A stretch of DNA of 64,000 bases from Oceanispirochaeta sp. (lineage in GTDB: Bacteria > Spirochaetota > Spirochaetia > DSM-2461). The notes below the pieces were generated by a model. It was not told where the DNA came from and did not search any database. It saw nothing but the letters and a program-made list of their open reading frames with translations. Of this stretch, positions 38,244-48,219 are shown in pieces. Made by a program: the position numbers and the translations under genes. Each line of letters opens with the position of its first letter. The stretch's first letter is position 1. The stretch is from contig CAXXXD010000003.1 in assembly GCA_963663385.2 (NCBI GenBank), forward strand, positions 1,344,001 to 1,408,000, written 5' to 3'.

Positions 38244-39758
38244 TTAATTTTTTCCAAGAAATTCCCTGAATCTCTCAGGATCAGATCTGAACCCGACAAT
38301 TGGGTTTTCTTTATCTGCTTTATTAAGGGAAGAACTTGCTTCCCTAATCAGTCTATTGCCACTGATCAGTCGACCGTTTCGGGAGGACAACCCAACAGTT
38401 GTGGACATACTACCAATAGACTCTTCCAAACTCTTAAGAAAGTTTTGTATATCTTCTATTGATTCATCCAGATCCTTATTTGGATCTATAATAGCCAGAC
38501 TGTTTTCACCAGCTTCAAAAACAAGATCACTGTAGCGGAACTTTTCCTTAACCAGAGAAGTCAGCTTTTCCCAGGTTTCCGCTGGAGCCTGACTGTTCTT
38601 AAGTATAATAAGAACAAGGTCCTGATCAAAAGAAGCGGCCCTTTCAAGTTCCAGGCTCAGTCGTTCTTCAAGAAAATGCTCCCATCCCAAACCGCTATGT
38701 GGATTATAGAGGGAGGAGGCCGTAATATCTGAATCTGAATCAGATAATTCATCCGCCATAATTTCTTCATCAAAGGACATATCGCCGAATTCTTCTTCAG
38801 AAGGAAGATCCAGGCTGTCCAGTTCATCGAATGAAGCAGCTGTCTCTTCATGATCCATTGCCAGCAGATCATCATTATCCGGAATATCCGGAATACTGTC
38901 TTCCAGATTAAGATCATCCAGATCCAGGGGTTCATCCGAGGGCATATCAAAATCTTCATCCAGATTAACCGAGTCCTCTGAGGATAACTCCAGTTCAGTA
39001 TCCGGCTGCTCACTATCAAAGCTGTCCAAAGAGATATCATCACCAGCATCATCCAATGATATTTCATCATTAAAGGAAAAATCATCAGTATCCTTACTAT
39101 CTGAAAATCCCCTTTCCTCTGAACCTGGCAGTATATCCTGTTCTATATCAGATCCGGTTTCATCCGGAGACCACTTCTCATCATTTTCTATTGTCCCATG
39201 AGTTCGTCCTGCTGACATACTGAATACTACAATTAAAATAAGTGTTACAAAAAACAATGCAATAACAATTATCAGGGATATTTTCAGAATATAGAAAATC
39301 GATCCGCCCGGAAGAACAGTAAAGACACAGTCAATATTTGTTCCCGGTTTCGAAGCCAGATTCAAAGGAATGGTTCCGATACTGTGTACAAATCCGAGCC
39401 CTTTATACTGAGGAGACCGGCCTTCATCGGAATTTTCTTCAGCTGTTTTGATTCGAACCTGATTATTTCTACTATAGAAATATTCAATACCCGTATCATA
39501 AGAGTAAATCGATAGGGCAGTTAAGTCCTGATTGTCTTCAAATATTCCCTTGATTTTATCGCTGAACGCATTATTGTATAATGAATCGTTCTTTACAAAA
39601 AAATCTGAAACATCCGATGCTAAAACTGGAATTTTCTTTGCGATTATTTCAGAATTCATTCTACGCTGGTTAAATAGATAATATGCCGACCATCCAGCTG
39701 TAGCTAGTAGTATAACTATTACAAAGATGGTGTGTACTGTTGTTATCGCCTTTTTCAT
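38244..39758 (-). CDS. Membrane protein with periplasmic domain, acidic linker and degenerate GGDEF-like C-terminus
   Basis: Two TM segments, D/E-rich linker, C-terminal NPHSGL..FLEERL..ELERA...SDLVFEAGENSLAII. Confidence 0.7.
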   Translation of the reverse strand: MKKAITTVHTIFVIVILLATAGWSAYYLFNQRRMNSEIIAKKIPVLASDVSDFFVKNDSLYNNAFSDKIKGIFEDNQDLTALSIYSYDTGIEYFYSRNNQVRIKTAEENSDEGRSPQYKGLGFVHSIGTIPLNLASKPGTNIDCVFTVLPGGSIFYILKISLIIVIALFFVTLILIVVFSMSAGRTHGTIENDEKWSPDETGSDIEQDILPGSEERGFSDSKDTDDFSFNDEISLDDAGDDISLDSFDSEQPDTELELSSEDSVNLDEDFDMPSDEPLDLDDLNLEDSIPDIPDNDDLLAMDHEETAASFDELDSLDLPSEEEFGDMSFDEEIMADELSDSDSDITASSLYNPHSGLGWEHFLEERLSLELERAASFDQDLVLIILKNSQAPAETWEKLTSLVKEKFRYSDLVFEAGENSLAIIDPNKDLDESIEDIQNFLKSLEESIGSMSTTVGLSSRNGRLISGNRLIREASSSLNKADKENPIVGFRSDPERFREFLGKN

Positions 39759-39814
39759 AGTACACATTATACGCAGAAATAAAGTTTTGTGCATTATTTT
39801 TTGGAGGTTTTTTT

Positions 39815-40633
39815 ATGTCCGTAAGAAAAATGAAACTACCCGAAGGCTGGTATCCGCATGATAAAAAAGGAATAGAGGAGTTTATCCGGGAATGGAATAC
39901 AAAAGGAGAAACCTATAGTAACAGTAGTATTGCCGGAATTGTTCCCCATGCAGGCTGGTATTTCTCCGGAAGATCTGCCTGGAACATAATCAGTAGAATT
40001 CCGGCGAATTGTACAACAGTAATAATTGCGGGAGGACATCTTCACAGCATACAGAACAGTATCTGCTGGAATGATGATGAGTATGAAACGCCCTTGGGAC
40101 CCTTGAAATTAAATAACAAACTTTTCAATTTATTCTGCGGAGATCTGGATGTGGACAGCTCACCGGATAATACTATTGAGATCCAACTTCCTCTGATTAA
40201 ATACAACAACCCGGAAGTTGAAATTCTGCCAGTGAGGCTGTCTCCCGTAAAAGACTCTTTTTTCTGGGGAGAAAAAATCGGATCTTATTGCAGAGCAAAT
40301 GGTATAAAAGCTTTTTTTCTTGGTTCCACTGATCTGACTCATTACGGAGCATCCTATGGCAACCTCCAGTACGAGAATAACGGTCATCCTGTCCAGGATG
40401 CCTGTAATCAGGATAGAAAGCTCATGGAGTATCTTGTTAAAGGAGATTATGATAAATCCATAGACTCAGTTGAGAAGTGGCAGACAGCCTGTTCTGTGGG
40501 GGGAGCTCTTGGAGCAGCGGGTTTCGCTAAATCTTTTGGAAAAATCCCGGGAACAATTCAATCCCTAACCGGGAGCTACGAAAAGATTCCGGATAAATCA
40601 AATTTTGTGAACTACGGATCTATACTCTTCTGA
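39815..40633 (+). CDS. MEMO1-family protein (AmmeMemoRadiSam system protein B-like)
   Basis: GWYP, IVPHAGWYFSG, ETPLG, IEIQLP, STDLTHYG, VNYG. Confidence 0.85.
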   Translation: MSVRKMKLPEGWYPHDKKGIEEFIREWNTKGETYSNSSIAGIVPHAGWYFSGRSAWNIISRIPANCTTVIIAGGHLHSIQNSICWNDDEYETPLGPLKLNNKLFNLFCGDLDVDSSPDNTIEIQLPLIKYNNPEVEILPVRLSPVKDSFFWGEKIGSYCRANGIKAFFLGSTDLTHYGASYGNLQYENNGHPVQDACNQDRKLMEYLVKGDYDKSIDSVEKWQTACSVGGALGAAGFAKSFGKIPGTIQSLTGSYEKIPDKSNFVNYGSILF

Positions 40634-42286
40634 ATCCAGAACACGCCGTATAAGTTCAAGACTCCATAAGCGGGCATTCTGTATAGCTTCGACACCGGTG
40701 TCTGTTTTCTTACGATACTGGGCAGCCGTTGGGAGAATTGTTACCCAAACCTCCTTTTCTTCCTGGGATAGCGAGTTCATATATTCATTAACAGGTTCTG
40801 TAATCTCCGGAAGAGCGGCAATTTTATTTTTGTATGCCCTGAGAAAATCCCGGCTCGACTGATAGGGAGTCCCTGCACTGACAAAATTTATTTCACGGTT
40901 CTGATTCTTTCTGGAAAGGGGAAAATTCAACTTCACTCCGTCACCAGGCAAACCAATAACCTTTGAATGGCATTGAGCGGCTTTCCTTTCGATGCTCTCT
41001 TTATAATGGATCATGGGCTTGGAGATATAGCGATAGCCTTTTACGGTTTTTTCTTTGTTAATACTCCTGTTATGCATTACAAATGAGAAAATTTTATCTT
41101 CTATACCACTTGTTCGTCCTGTCCGGGAAAAGAAGTAGGGATAAATATAGCTCTCACGGGCATAGGGCTTGCCAAAGGGATAGGAAAAATCCGCGCCCAA
41201 TAAATAGATTTCCCGGGCGCCGAGGAGCTCAGCAAGACTCAGTGCCGCATGTGTTACATTACCGCCGGATGTATCTATTTTAGGGAAACGCCTGAATTCA
41301 TTGCTGACATAGCGGGAAAAAGGGTGATCACTGGTAAAAAAGAAATTCAACCTTGAAAACCTGGTAAGAAAGGAAGGAGAAGCCAGATCCAGAATCAGGG
41401 GGACATCCTCTGGATACCCACACATAAAATGGTTATAACTAATATGCTGACAGTCTATGGATATTACAAGATCCGGCTTTATTGCATTGGATAATAAAAC
41501 CGGCAGCGATGTATCTGTAGCGATTAAGGTGCTGTCCGGCTCCCGTTCTTTCAGTTCACCCAACTGTTTCTCCAGGGATGGTCCTGCGGCAGTTATATAA
41601 GCTTTTTTAATAGGCTTGAGAGAATAAACAGTCTTTTCGGATTTCTTCAGATTAGAAAGGGTATTAACAAACCATTTTTTTCCGAAATGAGTCTGTACTG
41701 TATAGTCATCGGTTATCTGATCAATAGTGTTCTTTACTACAGCTGTGAGCCTGGAATAGAAATCATTATCCATGATAACTCTGGATCTGAGAGTAATCGT
41801 CTGAAGGTTTCCTGAAAGAACCGGTAGATAATGTCTTAACAGATAGGCGGAAAACTCTCCGGGATCAGGAGAAATCCACAGAGATACCCGTTTATCCAGA
41901 AAGATATCAGAAAGATCAATATTGCCCAGTATTGATCTTACTTCATCCTTATTGTTCTCAATTACTATAACAGAACTGACCCTGGGACTCTTTAAGAAAG
42001 GCCTTATATGGTAACCGCCACCAAGTCCGAAAATCAGAAGCATACCTTCCACATCGTACTGATCAAATAAACGAACACCTTCCTTTACGGGATCAAACGA
42101 GGAATGTATTAATTTTTTATTCTGATTTTTCCTGAAATAAACCGGAATATCATGATTAGATCTGGTTTTCTGAAAAGAAACCGTATCTGAACTCTCGCAA
42201 TAGGTTATTGAATTCGCCGCGTCGGGAGAACTGTTGGCCAAAGCCAATAAATTTCTATCCAGAATACCCTTATTTATAAGAGACAT
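40598..42286 (-). CDS. Maf/DUF115 (motility-associated factor, MptE-like) protein
   Basis: HSSFDPVKE, GLGGGYH, AAGPSL, ATDT, KPDLVISID, GGNV, LLGADFSY. Confidence 0.8.
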   Translation of the reverse strand: MSLINKGILDRNLLALANSSPDAANSITYCESSDTVSFQKTRSNHDIPVYFRKNQNKKLIHSSFDPVKEGVRLFDQYDVEGMLLIFGLGGGYHIRPFLKSPRVSSVIVIENNKDEVRSILGNIDLSDIFLDKRVSLWISPDPGEFSAYLLRHYLPVLSGNLQTITLRSRVIMDNDFYSRLTAVVKNTIDQITDDYTVQTHFGKKWFVNTLSNLKKSEKTVYSLKPIKKAYITAAGPSLEKQLGELKEREPDSTLIATDTSLPVLLSNAIKPDLVISIDCQHISYNHFMCGYPEDVPLILDLASPSFLTRFSRLNFFFTSDHPFSRYVSNEFRRFPKIDTSGGNVTHAALSLAELLGAREIYLLGADFSYPFGKPYARESYIYPYFFSRTGRTSGIEDKIFSFVMHNRSINKEKTVKGYRYISKPMIHYKESIERKAAQCHSKVIGLPGDGVKLNFPLSRKNQNREINFVSAGTPYQSSRDFLRAYKNKIAALPEITEPVNEYMNSLSQEEKEVWVTILPTAAQYRKKTDTGVEAIQNARLWSLELIRRVLDSEEYRSVVHKI

Positions 42287-43785
42287 ATTTTATTCAATAC
42301 TCCGTTAATATCGTCAATATAGGCTTCCAGTTTCTCGGAATGATTTCGATCACCCTGTAAACGGGGATAAATATTCTTTATAATCACACTGATACTAGTG
42401 TTATCAATTATTGTATTGGCATTTTTTATAGAATCCAACTCTTTTCGCCAGTTTCTAATAATACTCTTAACCAGTCTCTTTCTTTGAGAATACTCTGGGT
42501 ATTGATTATTCGTGAATTGACAAACAGATGGCCTGCACTCCCTATCTATAGAAGGGAGTTTATCCGTTTCCTGAAAGGGCAGTGCCACAGGAGAAGGATC
42601 TACCCTGATAATTTCTGTGCTAAAATTTTCAGTATTGAACCATTTCTGATAGGTTTCCATACTACGGGAATAATAATACCCGTTCCTGTAGATACGGCTC
42701 ATATTTCTAATACGTTCCATTCTTCTTCCGATTTCGGTAGATAGGCGATTTGAACCAGATATTGAATAGAAATCAAAGGGGTGAGGATGCACATGCTCTT
42801 CCAGTCCTCTGATACAAAGGTCCAGGCCCAAAACATATATGCTCTGTTTACTGAGCCGTGATAAAACATGAATGGCAGTGGCGGCCACAGTCCCCATTTC
42901 TGGAGAACACATGTTAAAAAGGGTACCATTCGTATTAAAAAGTGAATCAATCCATGTCTTCTGATTTATCCCGGCAATTTTTCTGTTGAACTTTCCTGGA
43001 TATGCCATAAGAGTTGAAGCAATCGGGGATTCTTCAGGGAATGATCTATAATGATCTGAGGCGTAGTAACCTGGATCTATGGAAAATATAAGATCAGGGG
43101 TAACGCCTACCGAAGTGAGAGCTTCAACAGAAGAAGGCAGGGCTGCAATAAAATAGTTTTTCTCATATCTTTTAATATCATCCAGGTGCCTGTTTAAAGA
43201 TCCTCCAGAAGCAGCCAATATAACCGGTGCTTCAATACGGTTAATTTGAAGTGAATAATCCTGCTCCAGATAATTTCTGAAACTGTTCTTCAGCCAGCGC
43301 TTTCCAAATTTCATCGTTGTAAGAGTATTCCCCTGAAGGATTCTCAATGTATTAATAAACTCTCTGTTAACATGTTCTGCCATTTCAGGAAAACTACTAA
43401 GCCCCGGTTTCCATTCAAGGATTCTTATATTCTCAGGTAGATTATCACTGAACTGGTTTCTTATAAAAGCATCAAGAGTATGGGTACACCCAGGATACCA
43501 GATGGACATATTTTCTGTTGGGAAGTTCTGAGTGTAATAATGATAAGTATCGCAACTGAAAAAGAATACAAGTATCCTTTTATATTTATCCTTTACTACT
43601 GCATTCAGAAGGTAACCGAGTCCCGGAGCAAATACAATCAAATTGCAAGAGCTGTCCGCCTGATTCTCTTTTTTCCAGTTTTCATAGAATTTCTCAGCTT
43701 CCTTTGCGGGTGAGTATCTTGAATGGAGGTACTGTCCATTTACAGAAGCTGTAAAATAATTGTCCCTGGTTCTTTCTATTTGCAT
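42274..43785 (-). CDS. Second, more divergent Maf/DUF115 protein
   Basis: LHSRYSPAKEAEKF, PGLGY, ASGGSL, PDLIFSIDPG, GTVA, VLGLDL. Confidence 0.75.
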   Translation of the reverse strand: MQIERTRDNYFTASVNGQYLHSRYSPAKEAEKFYENWKKENQADSSCNLIVFAPGLGYLLNAVVKDKYKRILVFFFSCDTYHYYTQNFPTENMSIWYPGCTHTLDAFIRNQFSDNLPENIRILEWKPGLSSFPEMAEHVNREFINTLRILQGNTLTTMKFGKRWLKNSFRNYLEQDYSLQINRIEAPVILAASGGSLNRHLDDIKRYEKNYFIAALPSSVEALTSVGVTPDLIFSIDPGYYASDHYRSFPEESPIASTLMAYPGKFNRKIAGINQKTWIDSLFNTNGTLFNMCSPEMGTVAATAIHVLSRLSKQSIYVLGLDLCIRGLEEHVHPHPFDFYSISGSNRLSTEIGRRMERIRNMSRIYRNGYYYSRSMETYQKWFNTENFSTEIIRVDPSPVALPFQETDKLPSIDRECRPSVCQFTNNQYPEYSQRKRLVKSIIRNWRKELDSIKNANTIIDNTSISVIIKNIYPRLQGDRNHSEKLEAYIDDINGVLNKICLL

Positions 43786-44769
43786 TCAAAGCAAATCCTT
43801 AATAACCACCTCTGTATTTGTGGTTTCATCAATTTCAAAAACCTCAGAACCCAAATCAGGAGAATCCTTTAGATTTGTATATAATAATGGCAGAGAAGCC
43901 GACAGTTGAAACAGATACAGATCCTTATCCGGGATTCTGTCTTTATTCTGAATCATCAATATACTATTCCCCTGTAGTTCTATTATCTCAGCATCATTGC
44001 CGGACATAGTCCTGAAAACAGAAATAACTTCCTTTTTAATATTTATGGCAGTCAGTCCATTTCCATCTTCCAGGAGTTGATTAAGCAGAGAAGAAAGATT
44101 CAGCTTTATCAATATCAGATTATCTTTTACAGAATTTAACCTTTCTCTTAAAAGAACTTCGTGATCTACTTTAACACTTTGTTCGTATTTGAATTCGTTA
44201 TCCACCAGGGCGATACGGCTTTTCATTAAAGGTGTGGCGATCACTGTTGCGATATTTTTAAACAGGTCAATCCAGTTTTCAGGTTCAAAATCATCCCATT
44301 CAGTAATAATCATTATTGAAATTATTGCTGAATTATAAAAAACAGGGATTATATACATCCCTTCAATCATGCCGAATTCACGTGTAGAAAAAAAACTTTT
44401 AAAATAAGGCAGCGGAATACTTAATTTAAATGGTTGTCTTGATAATAGATTACTCTTTATTTCGCTTTCATTAAAGAATCCTGAATCCAGTCTTAATCGA
44501 TTATTTGTCGTGATATCGTAACCATTACAACATAGGCAGGTATAGTTTTCTTTATCATCGGCTCTAAAAAAGAGGATTCCCTTATTTATAGAAAGATATC
44601 TGCTAATAATACGGTAGATCTGAGTTCCGTAATCTATACTTGTTTTCTGCTCTTTTATTTTTAATATCAGTGATTCATACTCTCCAAAAGAAGTCATACT
44701 ATGGTAGGGTGCCTCTCCCGGAGCTGTTTTGAATTCCTGAGAAGTTCTTGCTTTATCGAGAAGACCCAT
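43786..44769 (-). CDS. Hypothetical protein with GAF-like domain
   Basis: GILFF...GYDITT...MYIIPVFYNSAIISIMII pattern is GAF-like; abuts both neighbours. Confidence 0.6.
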   Translation of the reverse strand: MGLLDKARTSQEFKTAPGEAPYHSMTSFGEYESLILKIKEQKTSIDYGTQIYRIISRYLSINKGILFFRADDKENYTCLCCNGYDITTNNRLRLDSGFFNESEIKSNLLSRQPFKLSIPLPYFKSFFSTREFGMIEGMYIIPVFYNSAIISIMIITEWDDFEPENWIDLFKNIATVIATPLMKSRIALVDNEFKYEQSVKVDHEVLLRERLNSVKDNLILIKLNLSSLLNQLLEDGNGLTAINIKKEVISVFRTMSGNDAEIIELQGNSILMIQNKDRIPDKDLYLFQLSASLPLLYTNLKDSPDLGSEVFEIDETTNTEVVIKDLL

Positions 44770-47606
44770 CAGTTAGAGATTCCCAATTCCTCAAAGATTT
44801 TTTTATAAACTTCAAAATGCTCACTTCTGGCGAATTCCTGTATTTTTTCTTCTGGCAGGGATTCGAGAAGTTGATCCATATAAGTTAGAATCTCACGAAT
44901 TTCTGATCTTAAATCCGGTGGCAGTTTATCCAGACTGGATTCCCTGGGGATTTTATCACGAATCTCAGCCGCTGCTTCTGAGTGAGAAGGGAAGGGATGC
45001 TCTACCACCTTCTGTATATCATCAACAGCTACAGGCTGTTCGTGTTCATCCTCAGTTTTATCTTCAGAGGAAACATCCTGACTAAAAGTAAACTCTTCCG
45101 GCTCCTCTGTAAGTTCAAGGGTTTCATCTTCCTCATCCAACTCTTTGGTGTCTACTGCAGTTACATCATCCAGTAGAGATTCTTCATCAAAATTGTCATC
45201 TACAGGTAGATCAATAGCAATAACATCATCTTCTTCTTCAGATGCTTCACCTTTCTGATCGTCAATAATATCGGAAACAGTTTCAGTAATATCCTCGGAA
45301 ATATCATCCAGATCTATTTCAATAGGTTCCTCAGCAATATCTGCTAATTCCTCCTCTGTAATCTCAGATTCAGAATCATTCTCCTCTGTAATAGCTAAAG
45401 CTTCCAGGGAGTTCAAATCGATCTCCTCCGTACCAGGCAGCTCAAACCCATCATCAGTCAGATCTTCATCTTTTTCAACTTCTTCAATTATAGTCGCATC
45501 AAGATCAAAGTCATCATTTGTGTCGGAAATATCCAGAATGATTTCAGTTTCAGACTCTGTAATATTCGGCAGTTCATTATCTTCCAGGCTCAGATCATTC
45601 AGATTATCCAATTCCGGTAGATCTGAATTATCTAGATGCACTGCATCCACTTCATTCTCATCCACACGAGGTAAGTCCAGAGATACAGATTGCGCAGTAA
45701 AACCTTCCGGGAGGGGTTCATTATCCAGTTCAGACTGATCTTCCTCAATGGCTATCTCCTCATCTGACAAATCCTCCAGAGCAGGTTCTTCATCAGCAGT
45801 AATATCATTTGACAAATCATCCATCAGATCTTCTGAAAGATCCTGTACGTTATCAATTGACACCACTTCACCTTCATCAAACTGTTCTTCTTCAACTTCG
45901 GTAATATCCATATCAAAATCAAATGCGCTCTCTACCGAATCCTCTTCTGTAGTTGGGGATTCCACTATTTCAGAATCTTCTAAAAGATCGTCAAGAGAAA
46001 CATCTTCAACTTCATCAAGGAGGACATCGTCGAATATCTCATCTTCAACTTCTGTATTCTCAAATCCAAAATCATTCAGATCAACGTCTTCTGTAACAAC
46101 TGTTGATTCGGCTCCTTCCTCCCTGTCATCATCTGAAGTCAGATCAATGACAAGATCATCTACATCTTCTATCTTCAGATCATCCAGCTCAGATGATTCA
46201 TCACCAAGTTCTTCATCATCAAGGTTGACATCTTCCAGGTCCAGTGAGATATCATCGATACCCATCAGATCATCTTCGCTATCCAGAGACATGGTCAGCT
46301 CTGCCTCTTCATCTTCCAGAGAAACATTTAAATCAAGATCCGGCAGCTGTTCATCATCCAGTGATATTTCATCCAATGATAAATCTTCCTCACCAAGGGA
46401 GAGTTCTTCCTCACCAAGGGAGAGTTCTTCCTCACCAAGGGAGAGTTCTTCCTCACCAAGGGAGAGTTCTTCCTCACCAAGGGAGAGTTCCTCCTCATCA
46501 AGGTTAAGTTCCTCCTCATCAAGGTTGAATTCCTCCTCACCAAGGGAGAGTTCCTCCTCATCAAGGGAGAGTTCTTCCTCATCAAGGGAGAACTCTTCCT
46601 CATCAAGGGAGAGTTCCTCCTCACCAAGGTTGAGTTCCTCCTCATCAAGGTTGAGTTCCTCCTCATCAAGGTTGAGTTCCTCCTCATCAAGGTTGAGTTC
46701 CTCCTCACCAAGGGAGAGTTCCTCCTCATCCGGATAAGATTCATTATGATCCAATGAAATCTCATTCTGAACATCCGGTTCGGTCAGGATACTTAAACCG
46801 GGATCTTCTTCGCTTATCATTTCATCATCAAGCGAAATCATTTCGCCATCTTCTGCAGTCATTTCAGCTGTATTGATAATGTTATCCAGTTCATCACCGG
46901 TAAGCACAATTGACTCATCATCATCCTCTTCGAAGAACCCTTTTGTTTCGTTTTCTACCTTGTTATGAATGGAAGCTGGAGCGGGTGCAGCAGAATTCTC
47001 CATAAACCTGGATCTGATATCCAGAATTTCCGCCTTGATATCGGACAATTCACTTTCAATCTTTTCAAGCAGCAGAGTTTGTCTTTCCGCAAGAGATAAG
47101 GTTGTACTGTTTTTCGTATCGGAGGTTCCCAAAACAGTGGAATCACTTATATCTGATTCAATAATCACATCTGAATTATCTTCCGGAAGGAAATCTCCGG
47201 CAGCATCAAGATCTTCATCAGAAAGAGTGTCCTCCGGAACAAAGTCATCATCCCAGGAATCATCAAGCAACTGATCCTCCCCGGGCTGCCAATCATCTTC
47301 AGCCATGGAGATTAGCTCGTCCTCTTCTTCAGGTGAAATCAAATCATCTTCAATATCATGAATCTCACCTAAATCAAAATCATCTTCATCAGAACTGTCT
47401 TCCAAATCAAGAGAATCTATTCCGCTTAAAAAGTCATCATCAAGAGATATATCACTTTCATCATTATCAAAATCCAGATCTGAAATCTCCAGATCATCTA
47501 TATTGGAATCCGGCTGATCAGTGACATTACGATTCTGCAAGTCTTTTTTCACCCACGTGCCGTAGTGTTCAAGATCATTGTTTTCGTTATCTATTTTACT
47601 GCCCAT
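44769..47606 (-). CDS. Large hyper-acidic, largely disordered protein with helical C-terminal domain
   Basis: 945 aa, D/E-dominated, GGGAG RBS, ordered tail LRSEIREILTYMDQLLESLPEEKIQEFARSEHF. Confidence 0.85.
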   Translation of the reverse strand: MGSKIDNENNDLEHYGTWVKKDLQNRNVTDQPDSNIDDLEISDLDFDNDESDISLDDDFLSGIDSLDLEDSSDEDDFDLGEIHDIEDDLISPEEEDELISMAEDDWQPGEDQLLDDSWDDDFVPEDTLSDEDLDAAGDFLPEDNSDVIIESDISDSTVLGTSDTKNSTTLSLAERQTLLLEKIESELSDIKAEILDIRSRFMENSAAPAPASIHNKVENETKGFFEEDDDESIVLTGDELDNIINTAEMTAEDGEMISLDDEMISEEDPGLSILTEPDVQNEISLDHNESYPDEEELSLGEEELNLDEEELNLDEEELNLDEEELNLGEEELSLDEEEFSLDEEELSLDEEELSLGEEEFNLDEEELNLDEEELSLGEEELSLGEEELSLGEEELSLGEEELSLGEEDLSLDEISLDDEQLPDLDLNVSLEDEEAELTMSLDSEDDLMGIDDISLDLEDVNLDDEELGDESSELDDLKIEDVDDLVIDLTSDDDREEGAESTVVTEDVDLNDFGFENTEVEDEIFDDVLLDEVEDVSLDDLLEDSEIVESPTTEEDSVESAFDFDMDITEVEEEQFDEGEVVSIDNVQDLSEDLMDDLSNDITADEEPALEDLSDEEIAIEEDQSELDNEPLPEGFTAQSVSLDLPRVDENEVDAVHLDNSDLPELDNLNDLSLEDNELPNITESETEIILDISDTNDDFDLDATIIEEVEKDEDLTDDGFELPGTEEIDLNSLEALAITEENDSESEITEEELADIAEEPIEIDLDDISEDITETVSDIIDDQKGEASEEEDDVIAIDLPVDDNFDEESLLDDVTAVDTKELDEEDETLELTEEPEEFTFSQDVSSEDKTEDEHEQPVAVDDIQKVVEHPFPSHSEAAAEIRDKIPRESSLDKLPPDLRSEIREILTYMDQLLESLPEEKIQEFARSEHFEVYKKIFEELGISN
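46371..46727 (-). repeat. Coding tandem repeat, 17 x 21 bp (EEE[L/F][S/N]L[G/D])
   Basis: Units such as accaagggagagttcttcctc and atcaaggttgagttcctcctc, counted from the translation. Confidence 0.95.
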
Positions 47607-47756
47607 TCAGAACTCCCATCCATAGAATAATAAACCTTTAATGTAATATCGACATAAAGGGGCGGAAAATTTATAGCAATCTTTCTAACAGTTATATTTT
47701 AACAGAATTACGACATATAGTGTTAAGGTTTTTAATAATTATCCGTAAATCATTAC

Positions 47757-48188
47757 ATGAATAAGTCTAATTTGAAATGGCTATTTTTGGTTATATTCCT
47801 TATAAACTCACTCTGTATTTTCAAATGGGGAGACACGGGATTAAACGCAATGAGTGAGCAGATCAAAATCCAAAATAAACTTGAAAACAATATCAATGAA
47901 TTATTGACAATCAACAGAGATCTGAACAGGGAATTGGATTCCTATAGATCCGATTCTGAGACAATTATGATACAGGCAAGAGATCTGGGCTATATCAATG
48001 AAAATGAAAAGATACTTTTTATTAATAATCTTTCCCTGACCCCGAAAGTAAACAATCCGGGAGATATAATTCTCCCGGATATGCAATTTAATTCAATTGA
48101 GAAAGGGCTGAGGGTGGCAGCAATTGTCCTAACGGCACTGGTGTTTCTCCTTATCATTTTTCAAAACAGAGTAGGAAAAACTCAATAA
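47757..48188 (+). CDS. FtsB/DivIC septum formation initiator family protein
   Basis: TM, GDTGL, coiled coil, ARDLGYINENE; extra C-terminal TM. Confidence 0.75.
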   Translation: MNKSNLKWLFLVIFLINSLCIFKWGDTGLNAMSEQIKIQNKLENNINELLTINRDLNRELDSYRSDSETIMIQARDLGYINENEKILFINNLSLTPKVNNPGDIILPDMQFNSIEKGLRVAAIVLTALVFLLIIFQNRVGKTQ

Positions 48189-48219
48189 CGATAACCCCGG
48201 CTGGTATTTTAATCCGGGA

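Noticed and set aside
46371..46727. CRISPR array
   Set aside because: Units are contiguous 21-mers with no spacers, in frame inside a CDS, and no cas genes are present
45748..46737. 329-aa Ser-rich plus-strand ORF and other ORFs over the repeat
   Set aside because: Antisense or alternate-frame shadows of the acidic protein's D/E codons
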